64,000 nucleotides of DNA from NCBI RefSeq assembly GCF_000150275.1, contig NW_002060946.1:7981555-8045554 (forward strand), read 5' to 3'. The translations under genes and the position numbers were made by a program. Origin of the DNA: Trichoplax adhaerens. Lineage: Eukaryota > Animalia > Placozoa. Below are positions 51,336 to 64,000 of the stretch, piece by piece. The notes under the pieces are model-generated. The model saw only the letters and a list, made by a program, of their open reading frames with translations. It made no database searches and was not told the origin of the DNA. How positions within the stretch are numbered: the first letter of the stretch is position 1; every line of letters starts with the position of its first letter.

Positions 51336-54300
51336 TTAGGATGAATCTACATCCATGAATTCATCGTCTGAAGTGCGGCTAGCATGTTCTGCACCTTCAC
51401 TTTGTTTAACACTGACGTCCATTTCCTCATCAGCGATTGACTGTTGTACGTTTCTACTGCCAATAGAAGCAGAGTTTTCACTTGGGCTAGCCACGTCCTC
51501 TTTGGATTCTACCAATATCGTAAACAAAATACTGCAATTATTAGCCATAGCTTAAACTCACGGCGTAATAGCATTGAATAGATTAGATTTTTATTTTGCT
51601 TTAAAATAAAAGCCTGTACCTTTGAGATCATCAGAATTCGAGGGATTTTGCTCTATTTTGCATTCCACATCTTCTGTATCTATTTTCTTCAAATTGTCAT
51701 TATCGACATTATCTTTCGCACCATCTTTAATAGATTCATATTACACGCAAAATTTTCGGCATTAGTACTGAATTAAAGTACATTCAACCACATAGTAACG
51801 AAATTACCTAAATTAGGCGGAGATGACTTTATAATAGGATTTGTTTGATCTTCAGTTGGATGTCGAGTTTCTATAATGTTGTTAAATGTGAGTACATGCA
51901 AATTTAACATTCTTTCAATTCTCAAGCAATGTAATATAAAATAAGAATAATACCTATGGTGCCTTGCTGTGGTGATGATAATGCTGGACCAGGTGAAGCT
52001 GACGGTTTGTCTGCGCTTGGCTGCTTTACTGCAGCTGAAGGCGGAAATTGGATACTAGTACTACTAGAAATAACCGATTGTTCCGCTGTCGATGGCACAA
52101 TAGAAGCTGGACTGTTGGCGCATTCTGATATTGTTTGATCATCAACAGAAACAGCATGAGGTTCATGATCAGATGATGAAGTTTGTGGCTTGGGAGACCG
52201 TATAGATTCGGTTTTAGATGCATTTATTTCGGATGCCGCTGTGTGCACAGTATTCACAGAAGATTCCTTACTTTCAGCATCTGGTGTTTTAGGTCTGGCT
52301 ACAATCGGAGAATGAGACGGTTCAGATGAATTTCTTTCATCCCTATTACTAGTAGAAGTAGCTAGTTCTTCAGGATCATTTCCGGCTATCGGAGGTACGG
52401 GAGATACTTCAGGATTTTCTTTTCCTTCAACAATATTTACTCCCGATTGCGATTGATCTTCTATTTGACAATCCGTTCCAGAATCATGCGACATTTCTTT
52501 ACTAACATCCTTATCGATTGATCCTTCCGGTTTATCTTCATTCTGAATTGGTAAAGGTGTCTTTGATGCATTAGTTTCTTCATCAACCACCATAGATTCG
52601 TCATCTGTCATATAAGAATTATTAGATGAGATGTCTTCACCATATTCAGAAATTATTGTAGCCAAGGATGAATGCGGTTGATTTACAGCTAGAGTAAGAG
52701 GTGGTGAAATTTCAAGTTTACTACCAGAAATACTTGGTTTTGAATTTTTCTCATCTAAAGATCCCGTTGATGAAGGCGAAGGCAATATTTCAGTCTTATT
52801 TACTAATACGTCCTCTTTATCAGGGGAAGCAGAAGGTGAAGATCCTCCTGCATCTGATAACCTGGTATTGTCATCCACCGCAGTAGGAGAAACCGTTTCT
52901 GATCCTTCAATACGACTGGGTGAGCTTGGCGAAGGCATTTTATCTTCAGCTAGTATATGTGAACCTGTTGCTTTACTAATCTCAGAAGTAGAGGGCGGTG
53001 ATGTTACATGTTTATCCGCAATTGTAGCCAATGATGCTGAAATTTTATCCGCTGATACAGATGTTTCTGGCGTCATCTTTTCGTTTCCTTCAGCAGCACC
53101 TGTAGCTGCCGATAAGGTGGTTCTGTCGTCGGCCGTGATTAGCGATGTAGGAATATTTTCCTTACAGGAATTAAGTCTTTCTATCGGCGATAAGGGTTTA
53201 TCAACAGGTTTTGTAGATGTATTACCTGATTTATCCAAATTGTCATGCTCTTCTGAAACATTTCGACTATCTCCTCCTTTAGAAGAAGCGGGAGTTGATA
53301 AATTTTCCTCCATGGGTGCATCTACTGCCGGACTATTACTTCGCTTGTTATCTACAGACGGAATAGCTGGAGAAATGTCAGATTGATCGGAAGATAAAGG
53401 AGTTCCTTTCATTACCGGCAAACTAGTTGTATCATCTGCTGTTTCTTCCATATTGTCGGTTGAGATAGGCAAGTACTCTTGCGAATCGTCGTCATCAGAA
53501 GATGATGACGATGACGGTAATTTATCTTCAACAGTCTTCTCTGATTTATAAGTAACCGGTGAGGGAATATTTTCAGATTCAGGTACTTGTGATATATTCT
53601 CATCCGATTTAGTTTTGATGATCGTATTTGTCGCATCTTTAACACTATCGCTAACGTCATCCTTAGTACTAAACTTGTTATCTTCTGTCGAATTTGATAT
53701 TTCTTTTAAAGAAGAAGAATCCCTGGAAGGTGAAGCTCTATTTGAATTTTTAGTTATTGTTTCAGTTTCAATATCACCACTACTTTTACATTTTGATTCT
53801 GAATCTAAATTTGATTTTAGAGCAACATCTGTACTATCTACAAACTCTTCCGAATCGCTACTAGATTCTTCCATAAGCTCTACTTTGGCAAGTTCCGATG
53901 TTGCCAGAACGTTTAGAAGCGATTCTGTTTTATCATCGGGATTACTGTGATCGTTTACATCAGATAAATATTTACTTCTACTTGAAGAATTGTCTACGTT
54001 ATTAGCGTTTTCGACATCATTACTACTTGACTCTATTTCCATAGCGGACTCTTCCATAGTGGACTCTTCGATAGCGGACTCTTCCATAGTGGATTCTTCC
54101 ATAGCGGACTCTGTCAGAGATTCATGTATCTTGGTGTTACTTGTGCCAGTATGTTTTTCCGAAATTTCAGACATTGAGGAATCAGTTACATCGTTACCAC
54201 CATCGGAGTTGTCAGTTTTCCGAGAATCTTTTATACCAGAACTAATAGTTACCGTATCAGCCGCATTAGGGCTAGATATATCTGTACTTTTTGTGACAGC

Positions 54301-57300
54301 AGGTTGTTCAAGAGCTTTAAAGTCTTCCTGTTTAGAAGACGTTAATGTGTTACTAGAAGTGGATAGTGTAGTAATTGAATTAGTAGTAGTGCTAGGCGAA
54401 GTTCCTGTATTGGTCTTCGTTGTTGTCAATTTTATTGACGAGGGTATAGAATATTTGAATGGCTGTAGTAGGAAAAAAAAAAAGGAAAATCAATTTAAAA
54501 ACATATAAAGTATATGGCAATCAATTTGATGTTCTCATAATAAATCTCATAATATAGTAATAGTTTATTTACTTTGTCTAAAATTTTTGGCAATAATTAG
54601 TAAGCACATACAGCAATGTAAAGTATGCCAATTTTATGAAATGTCTACGTATAGTATTCCGAATTATGTAATTATTACCGTTTCCCCAAGCATCCCTCTT
54701 GAATTAGTTTGTTTTAAATATTGAGCATTGTGAACTATAATACATCCAATGTAGCCGTACTTCTCGCGGACTGTATCCAGCGAATCATTGGAGATCGGTA
54801 ATATAAGAGCTAAATGTTGCTATATATCGTAATAATCGAATTAAGTAACGTGCCTTAGGCTCACATATTTCAATGTATGATGTTAATTTCTACACTAACT
54901 AACCACTAATAAGTCTCTCAGCTTTTCTGCGACCAGTTTGTCACTATTGATTTGCCCATTTAATGCGCATTCGATAAGATCGCTCTTTTCTTTTAATAAT
55001 GGTAGAAGGAAGCGTTTTAATGCCTAGCAACATGGTAAAAACTCAATATTAATTTAATTAATAAAACATCCTGACCTGCAAAAGAATATTATCACATGAT
55101 GAATAATTTAACAAGAAATTATTATTTGCACATACATCATTGCTACACAATTTTATCATTAGATATATTGCTCCATAATAAGTATGTAGCGGCAGTGATT
55201 CTTCTTGTAAGGCCTATTTCATTGTCCGATGGAAAAAAAGTAGAAAAATTTTGTTAATTAGACATATTATAGTAGAGGAATATGCCACCGATAATACAGT
55301 ATGAAGTATTAATTCTTACATTTGCCATAGTTTGAGTAATTCTTGATTGAACATTATTTACAGGAGAGTTGTAGATTTTATTGCTAAATAAGTTGATAGA
55401 ATTAAATGCATAATTTTATCTGAGATCATAAAATTTATTACTGGCCGCGAACGTAATACTTTTATACAGCAGAGGCAAAAATAATGATAGAAGACAATTT
55501 AGTAATACTACCTGCAAATCTTATATATTAAAGAAGCAGCATAGTGCTGAATAACGAGGCGATTATTTGGATCTTCAGAAGCTATTTGCTTATTTACTAC
55601 ACAACTCAGCGCCGTTGGTATTAATTCATGTAACTAAAATAAGAAAATTCAACGTTAATTTTTTTTTGTAATTCGTGTATTAAACGAGCATAAATAGATA
55701 GCTCCTTCCAAAATATTTACTGCAAGAGCTAGAGCAAATACTCACATATTTTTCTAGATTGAGTGTTTCATTTTGAAGTAGAGAGTCCATCATACGTAGC
55801 AGGTAAATGAGAACCGCATCTTCTGTCTCGTGAATGTTCGCACGAACCTAGATTAATTATTCGATAAGTGAAATATTCATGCACTTCGTTTTATACCCTG
55901 TGATAATTCGAGTTACATCATAGCAATATAAATACCCCTTCAGATATAAATCTGCTAAAGCGCGGCAGCAACTGATAGAGACCAGGATCATACTGTAAGC
56001 ATTCTAGCGCTTTCTGAAATTGATTAAAAATTTTCGTAGAATAAGTATGTATACATGGATTTTTACCTTCAATCGTATTTAGGTTAATGCTGCCAATGTA
56101 GTATTCTACACTAACTCTACCTTTCTCTTCTCTTCACTATTGCTAACACATGCTTCGGTGATTTCCCTAAAGAAGAGTTGTTGCTCCTAATCAAGTTAAT
56201 ACATAAATTTATTAAAATATGAACATACATAATTATTATTTATTAAATATTTACAAAGTTTAGTGAGTATGAGCTGATATCATAAATTTGCTGACTAACC
56301 AGAGATAGTTCGTGGCCACTTAATGGTTTCAAAAAAGAAGCCTTGCTAGTATCTTCTACCTTTTCTTTACTCTTTACTTCTTTACCAGCTTTCTTTTCTA
56401 CAATTAGCTTATTATCTTGAAAGGATAGAGAAAATAGCGCAGGGACTTTCTTGGGAATAAAATCATCCAAAGAGTCATCGGATGACAATCTCTTAAACTT
56501 ATGTAACGTGTCTTTAAAGAAAGATAATATAAGATATTAAATTATCTACAATTATGGTGTTTCATTTTTACGCATTATACAGTATCATAACGTGTTATAA
56601 TATCTAACGCTATCAAGGCAATTCCAGATAAATAGGCTTTGTAGCAAATACTTACCAGGATCAGGATTCTCTGGTATCAGTGGTTGGGTGCCATCGATGC
56701 TTAACCAGTGCGCTGTAACACAAATATTTTATTTTATATATACATATATTTATTGAAGAAAATTGTTTTTCCTACAACGGAAGCGACAACGATAACTACA
56801 ATTAAAGTACTATGGTTTGCATGCTATATTTGGCAATGTCATACAGTGTACCATGGTTAGAGCCTACGATTAGTGACGGTTTTTATAGGGCCATTTATGA
56901 TTTGAATAGACTAATTAAAAACGCTATGAAAATCTACCTCCATAGGCCAATAGGGAGTATCATAAAATTTACTCCACGCACATCGCAATCCGGGCTGTAA
57001 AGAAGTGCAATATCGATGATAGAGTCATTTTCTACCTTGATACTCTAGCTAGCGACTGTACTGCTATCATGGAGCGTTTAATATATATTAAATACAAATT
57101 ATCGATGAATCTGCAGTGCACTTGTTGTGGATAATCAAACATTGCCAAATGAAAACAGTGACCTATAGTACTACGTTATTAAACGAGGATTGGCACACGT
57201 GCAATATTCGTCATGCGAGAAGATAATAGCAAGGATCGTGTTGGTGTTTAATGTACAGTACTATAGTAGTTTATAAAATGAAGTTAATACAAGCTAGCCG

Positions 57301-59075
57301 ATTGGATGGTTTGTTTAGTCAATTTTTACTCCATATATGTAAGATTTGATGATCAGACTTGTGCAGATACATAACTTTAACGCTACAGGCAATAGAATGA
57401 TTGATTTATAACTTGGTATTATAATTCATTAATATTCTAATTTCCTAGCGCAACTAACAGTAAACAATCATGTTCAAGCATTAAAGTTACTGAAAAATTG
57501 TCTGTTTATATAGTAAGTATTGGTGATAGGAGAATATAACTAGATTGTCATCATTTATTGTATCAACTAAGGACTTACCCCGAGTATGATTATCTAATGG
57601 AACTTTGGACGCTTCTTGCGATGCAATAAGGTCAGTTAAATTGAACTCTTTATCCTCTTGAAAAAAGATACTTCTTCCACCACCACTGGCATAACGAAAA
57701 GGTACAAAATCTCTTGAAGTAAAGCCATATACCGGCTGGAAGAAATTGATTAATCATAATTGAATACTTATTACTTTGTAAGAATTTAACTGCTTTCTGC
57801 TGATTACATGGATCATACAACGTCTGTTATGACTTGGCAATAAGCTTCATATTTCCTCAAGATACAATACAATACTGGAAATGCGTACGTCAATCCAATG
57901 GTTATCATGACAGTATAACATCTTTACATGGATGTATTTATTTTTTTATGACCCACTATAGGTACCTAAGCATTGATTAATTATTCAACGAGTTGATGAC
58001 TTTCTTACCTCGATACTTTTAAACTTCAGAGCTAAGTCGATATCATTACGAGTTAATTTATCGCGTTTACTATGGCGCATAAATTTCAAGCCATCCTATA
58101 TGTCAATCAATCCAGGATATTTTAAATAGTTAATCAAGCTGCACAAGTAGAACATTAAAATATACAGTAATCGTTAGCCTGCAGTAATGCTCCAATCTTG
58201 TCGTAGCATTAGGTAATCCAACTCAACCTTAGCAGCTAAGAAGTTTGACTTTGAATTGATAAGTCAAACTCGAGGTTATTACAGATTGTTAATGAAATTA
58301 AACTGGATTTCAACTAGTATCACATCCTGAATTACAGGCGAGTAGCTTGGGTTATTCACTATGAAGGGCCAATGGTATACTATAGTACAGCGGTAGGGTG
58401 ATTGAAGTAAAAAGTCCATGACTGTCTTCAAGGAAAGATCCTTTTTTTCCTCCATTTTCCATACTGAGATCATCCACTAACTCAACAATGGGGTAAGGAA
58501 ACGTAAAGTTTAAGGATGCAAAAATTTCGTAAAGAGAAAAAGTAGAAAATGTCAAGGAAAATGTCGAGAATTAAGTTTTAAGTCATGGAGTGAATTCAAC
58601 TCCTTTTTCATGTAAGAAAATTCATTGAAAATACAGTACAGTACAGTGAAATGCATGGATCATGGGAAACTTTTCACAGACTTTCTTGACTGAGAATGAT
58701 GGAATTCATGTGAAAAACTGACGTATTGCCTAGCTACTTTTTTTTCCTAGTGGGTATTACTGTTCAAATTGTGGGATAGAATCGATTTGGAAGGGAAAGC
58801 AATAGAAGACTTTTAAAAACTGGCATAATTACAGTGGAATAGAAATGAAAGAGAACGACTTGGCTCTTTGCATCGACTGCCTCTTTAACTTGGCTCAATG
58901 GATTTCAATACAAAACTGTCTAGAATAAACAAACCTGGATGACTTCTCTTAATCTTGCATTTACTTCATCAGCTATTACTTGGCTACAATCATCATCAAT
59001 TGGAGCATTGCCACAACTTTCAGCTATAGATTTAATGGATTGTTTGGAAATATTATTGCTAGCACTTTCGGCCAT
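51336..59075 (-). CDS. TAF6: TFIID subunit 6 with long acidic Ser/Thr-rich C-terminal extension, multi-exon
   Basis: Histone fold SIKSIAESCG...LREVIQ|DGLKFMRHSKRDKLTRNDIDLAL, PVYGF...VPFRYASGGGR, AHWLSIDGTQPLIPENP, KPLSGHELSL|EQQLFFREITEAC, DPGLYQLLPRFS and LEKY|LHELIP. Confidence 0.93.
54038..54112 (-). repeat. Coding 15-bp tandem repeat x5 in TAF6
   Basis: Encodes ESAME-ESTME-ESAIE-ESTME-ESAME. Confidence 0.9.
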
Positions 59076-59387
59076 TATTGCAACGGACGGACCGCGTCGT
59101 CGTTGTCGTCGTTCGGACTGACTGAATAATAGCGCCTCCAAGGGTTTGAGGGTTGACTTGACGTGTACCACGTCGTTGTTGAGCTGACCACCGACGATAC
59201 TGTGACGCTAGCTGTCAACAGTACTGGTGCTAGTCCACGTTGCGCAAGTCTATACTGAACAGCTTTTAATTTTCTCTCAGGTGCTTCAATACCCCCAATC
59301 GTGTCGAGTACAGCATACAGTACGTACTGTACATATACAGTACATTGTACAGTACTTCTGCTGGACGAGAGTGGACAGCAGCTGGCA

Positions 59388-59690
59388 TAGAAATCCAATC
59401 AAATTTAGCGGGTAACAAGTACTGTTTCAGGAGTCAAAAAGATACGCACATAGAGGTACCTCTATGTCCAAGAGGATTTATCTAGAAATCCAATCAAGTT
59501 TAGCGGGTTTAAGTACTGTTTCAGGGGTCAAAATGATGGATCCTTTCAAGCATAAAGGTACCTCTATGCCCAAGAGGATTTATCTAGAAATCCAATCAAA
59601 TTTAGCGGGTACAAGTACTGTTTCAGGAGTCAAAAAGATGGATCCTTTCAAGCATAGAGGTACCTCTATGCCCAAGAGGATTTATCTTGG
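59388..59690. repeat. Tandem repeat, ~95-102-bp unit x3, upstream of TAF6
   Basis: TAGAAATCCAATCAA(A/G)TTTAGCGGGT...AAGTACTGTTTCAGG...AGGTACCTCTATG at 59388, 59483 and 59585. Confidence 0.93.
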
Positions 59691-60139
59691 AATTTTCCTT
59701 CTCGTTTTCGATTGTTGCCATGAAACTAGGAGAACATGGTATACAACTCATAGACCGATACCTCATTGCACCTTCGAACCGCTAATTGATCAAACTAGCC
59801 GAATTTTAATCCAGCTTACGATACTTGTGCTCAACTTTCCCTTTCATACGCTAAAATTGGTAAAACAAGACAGAGTCGAAATCTATCCACTGGGTCATGA
59901 TCTGTCGATCGACAGTAGTACACTGTAGTAGTCTATGACCAGGGACAATTTGTTGTCCTTGCTATGGCTGAGTACATCCTCAGATGCAAGGTTTTCCTAT
60001 TTCTAGAACTGAGTAGACAAGTATTTTAATCATCCCATGCGGTTACCGGATTTTGCTAGTGCTTACAGATGAATTGGAAGCGTATTAATGCATATGTCCA
60101 CTCAGGTCACGCGAATCATCCTAGTACATACAGTACAGT

Positions 60140-60655
60140 AAGACAAGACCTTTGTTCTCTCACCACGATGGTCCTTGCTTAATTGTATTAGTATACAGTC
60201 TTACTGTATACAAAGCTGTGCAAAAGTGGTGACGATGATGTGCTACTATAAAATAAGAATGCAGTGACATTATTTTGCTAGCGATGGGATACTGCAGCCT
60301 GCTAAACCAGAACAATATTCAAATCATCCTAGACTAGAAACGTTGTTCTTTAACCAAGTTGGTCAATGCACTATATTACTAGACAGTATTAAATGAAATG
60401 AAGCTGTGCAAAATTTGTGGCGATGACCTACTACTGTAAAGCAATAATGCAGTGACATTATTTTGCTAGCAATTGCATAATGTAGCCTGCTGATTTAGAC
60501 CTTTGTTTTCTTAACACGATGGTCAATGCATCATTGTTACTATACTGTACAGTGTTCGAGAAAGCGGTGCAAAACTTGTGACCATAACTTGATACTATAG
60601 AGCAAGAATATGATGACATTACTTTTGCTACCGATTGGATATTGCAGCCTGCTGA
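60140..60655. repeat. Diverged tandem repeat, ~160-190-bp unit x3
   Basis: AAGC(T/G)GTGCAAAA...TGACATTA(T/C)TTT(T)GCTA...(C/T)AGCCTGCT at ~60212, ~60401 and ~60562. Confidence 0.8.
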
Positions 60656-61359
60656 TGATATTCAAATCGTGAGCAAAATGAATGTCTGCACATCGTAGGG
60701 ATCTTCATCAACTGATCGAATATAGCTATACGTCAATCATTCATTTTCTTGGCTATGGAATCTGCTATCATTCTAGTTATAGTGATGACCACAGATAAAA
60801 GGGACCACCAAATTAGACATTTTTGATGCCTATTTTACACTGCAGTTACTCGTATATAATCAATTTATTTTACGGTTTGGCCTCTTGGAGTTGATTGGGT
60901 GATTTGACTAGAACCGTGGCGGGCGACCGTCGTACATCTGTACGTCTGTAGCGCTTACCCATTTCCGACGGGTCGGCGTCCTGTCTATCCATGACAGTAC
61001 TGTACTTTCGTACTTCTGTCCGTACTGTACAGTGATCGATAGTAAAATGCTGTATACTTTATAGCTGTATGGCAAGGTACCCTACCATGCACTTGTTACT
61101 GTAGTGTCTACAGTATGACTGAAAGTACTTGTAGAGAAACTTTCATAATTTGGAAGTCTCCTTCTTGGCAAAGCGGCTTGTGAACTGGCGTTTAACTTCC
61201 ACTTTTGACACTTTAACTAGACTTTCCACGGCCATCTTTAGTCCAATTCGTTCCTTAACAAACCAATTGGTCCAATAGTTAGCAACAATTTGCAGAAATT
61301 ATTCATTTTCAACCGTAATTAAGGTCAAATTATTCGAGAAATAGAGTCATTCAATCGCC

Positions 61360-63622
61360 ATGACTACAGCAGCACGTCCAACATTTGAGCCAGCTCGAGG
61401 AGGCACTGGTAAAGGTGAAAACGATTTAACTGTTTTAAGCAAGCAATACTCAAGCCGTGATTTACCTTCTCATACCAAGTTAAAAGTTCGGTATGTTTAG
61501 CTAGATTGCTTTGTAATTTGAACTAGTTTGTGATGACTAGGTAACACTAGTCTATGACTATTCTACAGCAATTTTTCAACGCTTCATCTTGGAGTTGAAA
61601 GTTTGCTTGTTGAAGCTGCAACGTCTTACGAGGGCAGAAAGCATTTAGGATACTGCAATGCTGCAATGCTTATAAATATCACCTTGAAATAGTCATCATC
61701 ATCATCATTGAACTACAAATCTTGTAAATAAAAAGATCAATCGTAATGTCTTAGTCTTATGCCTTTCTCTCTTATCAAGAGTGATGATACTCGTACTTGT
61801 CCATGTGTTGAAATTGGACATTGGAAGCTGAAATGCCTTGAGCAAAGTGTTTACTATACTGATTGCTGCAATAACGCATATGTATATCGTGTTAAAGGAT
61901 AATCATTATCTATAAATTGAAAATTTTGATATCGTCCTGCTTGTCTCTTATGCAAATACAATGATACTCATACTAGATGAGTTGAAAGTAGTCATTGAAG
62001 CTCCCATGTCGTTAGGCAAAAAGTTACAGCTGTATACAACTGCGATAATTATAATGCTTATACGTACAGTACATCGTACTGAACAATAATAATCATCTGC
62101 TGACCACAAATCTTTATAAGGATATAATCAACCTTAGGATCGTAGCTTATTATCTTTGTCTCTTGCTAAAATGCTATGATATTGACGCTATTAATTAGAC
62201 AACCTGGCCAAGGAAAGGTCGATGAAATCAAAGGACGCGACTTTCGTCGGGAATTGGAAGAAAAAGAACGAACTGCAACGCGAGATAAACAATCGACGAA
62301 CAATCGTGATCGTATTTCCGCTCGATCTATCGGTTGGTCAATCATAAAAAGCTCTTCAGTATCATTCATTTAGACGTTAGGATAGCCGTAACGTTTTACC
62401 AAGATAGATGCATTAATAAACATATTAGGAGTGTTAAAGATTGAATAAGATTCCTGTTTGTTCCATTCATATACGCATACATAGATATGCCACCGTCAAC
62501 CAAGAAACCGCGATCAGAAGAGCATCAACCTACTATAGGTAAGACGTTAAGACAGTGTTAACATAAACTATCAATACTAGTATACTATAAATGCGGGTAT
62601 TGTTACTCTTTCTTGTTAGAGGTATAACGCTTTGCTATAGACAGTAGTATCAAGCCATGTATTTATACATTGTATCATCTTTTCGAATAACCACGCAACT
62701 AACTTTGTTTTTCTATTTCAAAATTCTTTATCAACAGCCGAATTAGATGCTGATGATGTATTTGATGATGATGATGATGATGATGTTGATGTAAGTATAC
62801 CAACGTAAAGTATGTATTGTAATAGTACTTGTGAAGTAATAAAATGCCTCATTAAAAATACTAATCTTCACTTTCAACATTGTTTTAATACTTCAATTAT
62901 CGGTAATCTTCTTATTATTGCTATACTCCAACTGATGCTCTAATTATAAAGGATGAAGATAGGTATGATACAAGAAAAAGCAAGAGTATATCTTATCCAA
63001 TATTTTCTCTAGCTATAGAAATTGAAACCTACAATAGTCTGCTACTTTGTCGGCCTAAAATTGATGCTTGCTATTGTAACTAATTAACTGTTATATACTA
63101 CAGTGAAGATGATACTGCGGAATTAATGGCCGAATTGAATAGAATAAAGCGGGAAAGAGCAGTAGAACAAAAAAAAGTAGAAGAAGAAAAGAAAGCCGAT
63201 GAAGAGAGAGTGCGTATGGAGAATGTTATGTCCGCAAACCCGTTATTGAATGAAAACAGTAATTTTTCGGTCAAACGAAGGTAATAAGATACTATCAATA
63301 ATCACGATATATGCTGTATCATATTGGTATACCATCTCTATTGTTGACACCTTGACCTAAAATTTGTCGTCTTTATGTAATATCATATGTAGATGGGATG
63401 ACGAAGTAGTATTTAAAAATTGTGCTCGTGGGGAGGAAGATGCCAGAAATAAGGTTTACTAACTGATATAACGATCTTAAAGTTTCATTATAATACGCTG
63501 ATATGAATTACTTCTGAATTATTTTTTATTGATAATGATTGTTGAAACAGGAAAAAAGTTTTATAAATGACACCCTAAGATCCGGTTTTCACAGAAGATT
63601 TATGGGCAAATATATCCGTTAA
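61360..63622 (+). CDS. CWC15: Spliceosome-associated protein CWC15 (Prp19/NTC complex), multi-exon
   Basis: [44 protein letters not shown]|QPGQ...; [19 protein letters not shown]; NPLLN...FSVKRR|[13 protein letters not shown]; [20 protein letters not shown]. Confidence 0.97.
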
Positions 63623-64000
63623 AAATTACCTCTAAATCAAGCTTAGGCGATCGCACAAATAAACAACCTTACCTTTTTACGTTATTATCATCGCTAAGTC
63701 AGCTAATATCGATTATATTCAACAAAGTGCATAATGATTAATTCAAATTCGTAGTTTGATTATGCAAGTTCGTAGTATATCGTCAGTACTTAGATTACTG
63801 ATTTCGTTATTATATATTAAGATAATTTACCTAGATAGTGTGTTTGTACGCGTACTCAGCTAATACCTACTGAAAACACTATCCTATAACTGGAAGAACG
63901 ATATGAACCTTTAGCAATAATGATTTCAGTTTGTTTCTAGAAATTTTGGTAAAATAAGCTATAATTTTTCTTGTATGTATTTTCTTAATGTATGATTTTA

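Noticed and set aside
52701-54508. Plus-strand ORFs of 60-172 aa
   Set aside because: They are antisense shadows of the low-complexity TAF6 exon.
59714-59726. GTTGCCATGAAAC X-box-like site
   Set aside because: The second half-site is imperfect and the flanking genes are not ciliary.
59464-59928. 154-aa ORF with an internal 34-aa repeat
   Set aside because: It follows from the 102-bp tandem repeat and has no domain or splice support.

Overview
AT-rich eukaryotic (metazoan) genomic DNA with compact genes, short GT-AG introns and two N gaps (1001-1824, 44097-44146). The gene content and style suggest a placozoan such as Trichoplax; this is inference. The first ~11 kb has no recognisable gene and is a patchwork of tandem and dispersed repeats. 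It is followed by an intronless rhodopsin-class GPCR (-), URB2 (-), a non-coding locus with box C/D guide modules complementary to U2 snRNA (-), IQCG/DRC9 (+), RPL35A (-), cyclin B3 (+), an insulin-like peptide gene whose second exon is absent from the ORF track (+), a GRL/GrlHz-like 7TM ion-channel candidate (+), TAF6 with a very large acidic low-complexity exon (-), and CWC15 (+). The most notable items are: (1) a SCARNA9 (mgU2-19/30)-like pair of U2 methylation guides at 24.5-24.9 kb, possibly in separate introns of a non-coding host; (2) an 8-cysteine insulin-like peptide gene with the vertebrate-type three-exon layout; (3) the GRL-like channel with the family's C-terminal phase-0 introns; (4) IQCG next to RPL35A, as in human. 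All gene identities come from manual translation and recalled family motifs, not database searches.
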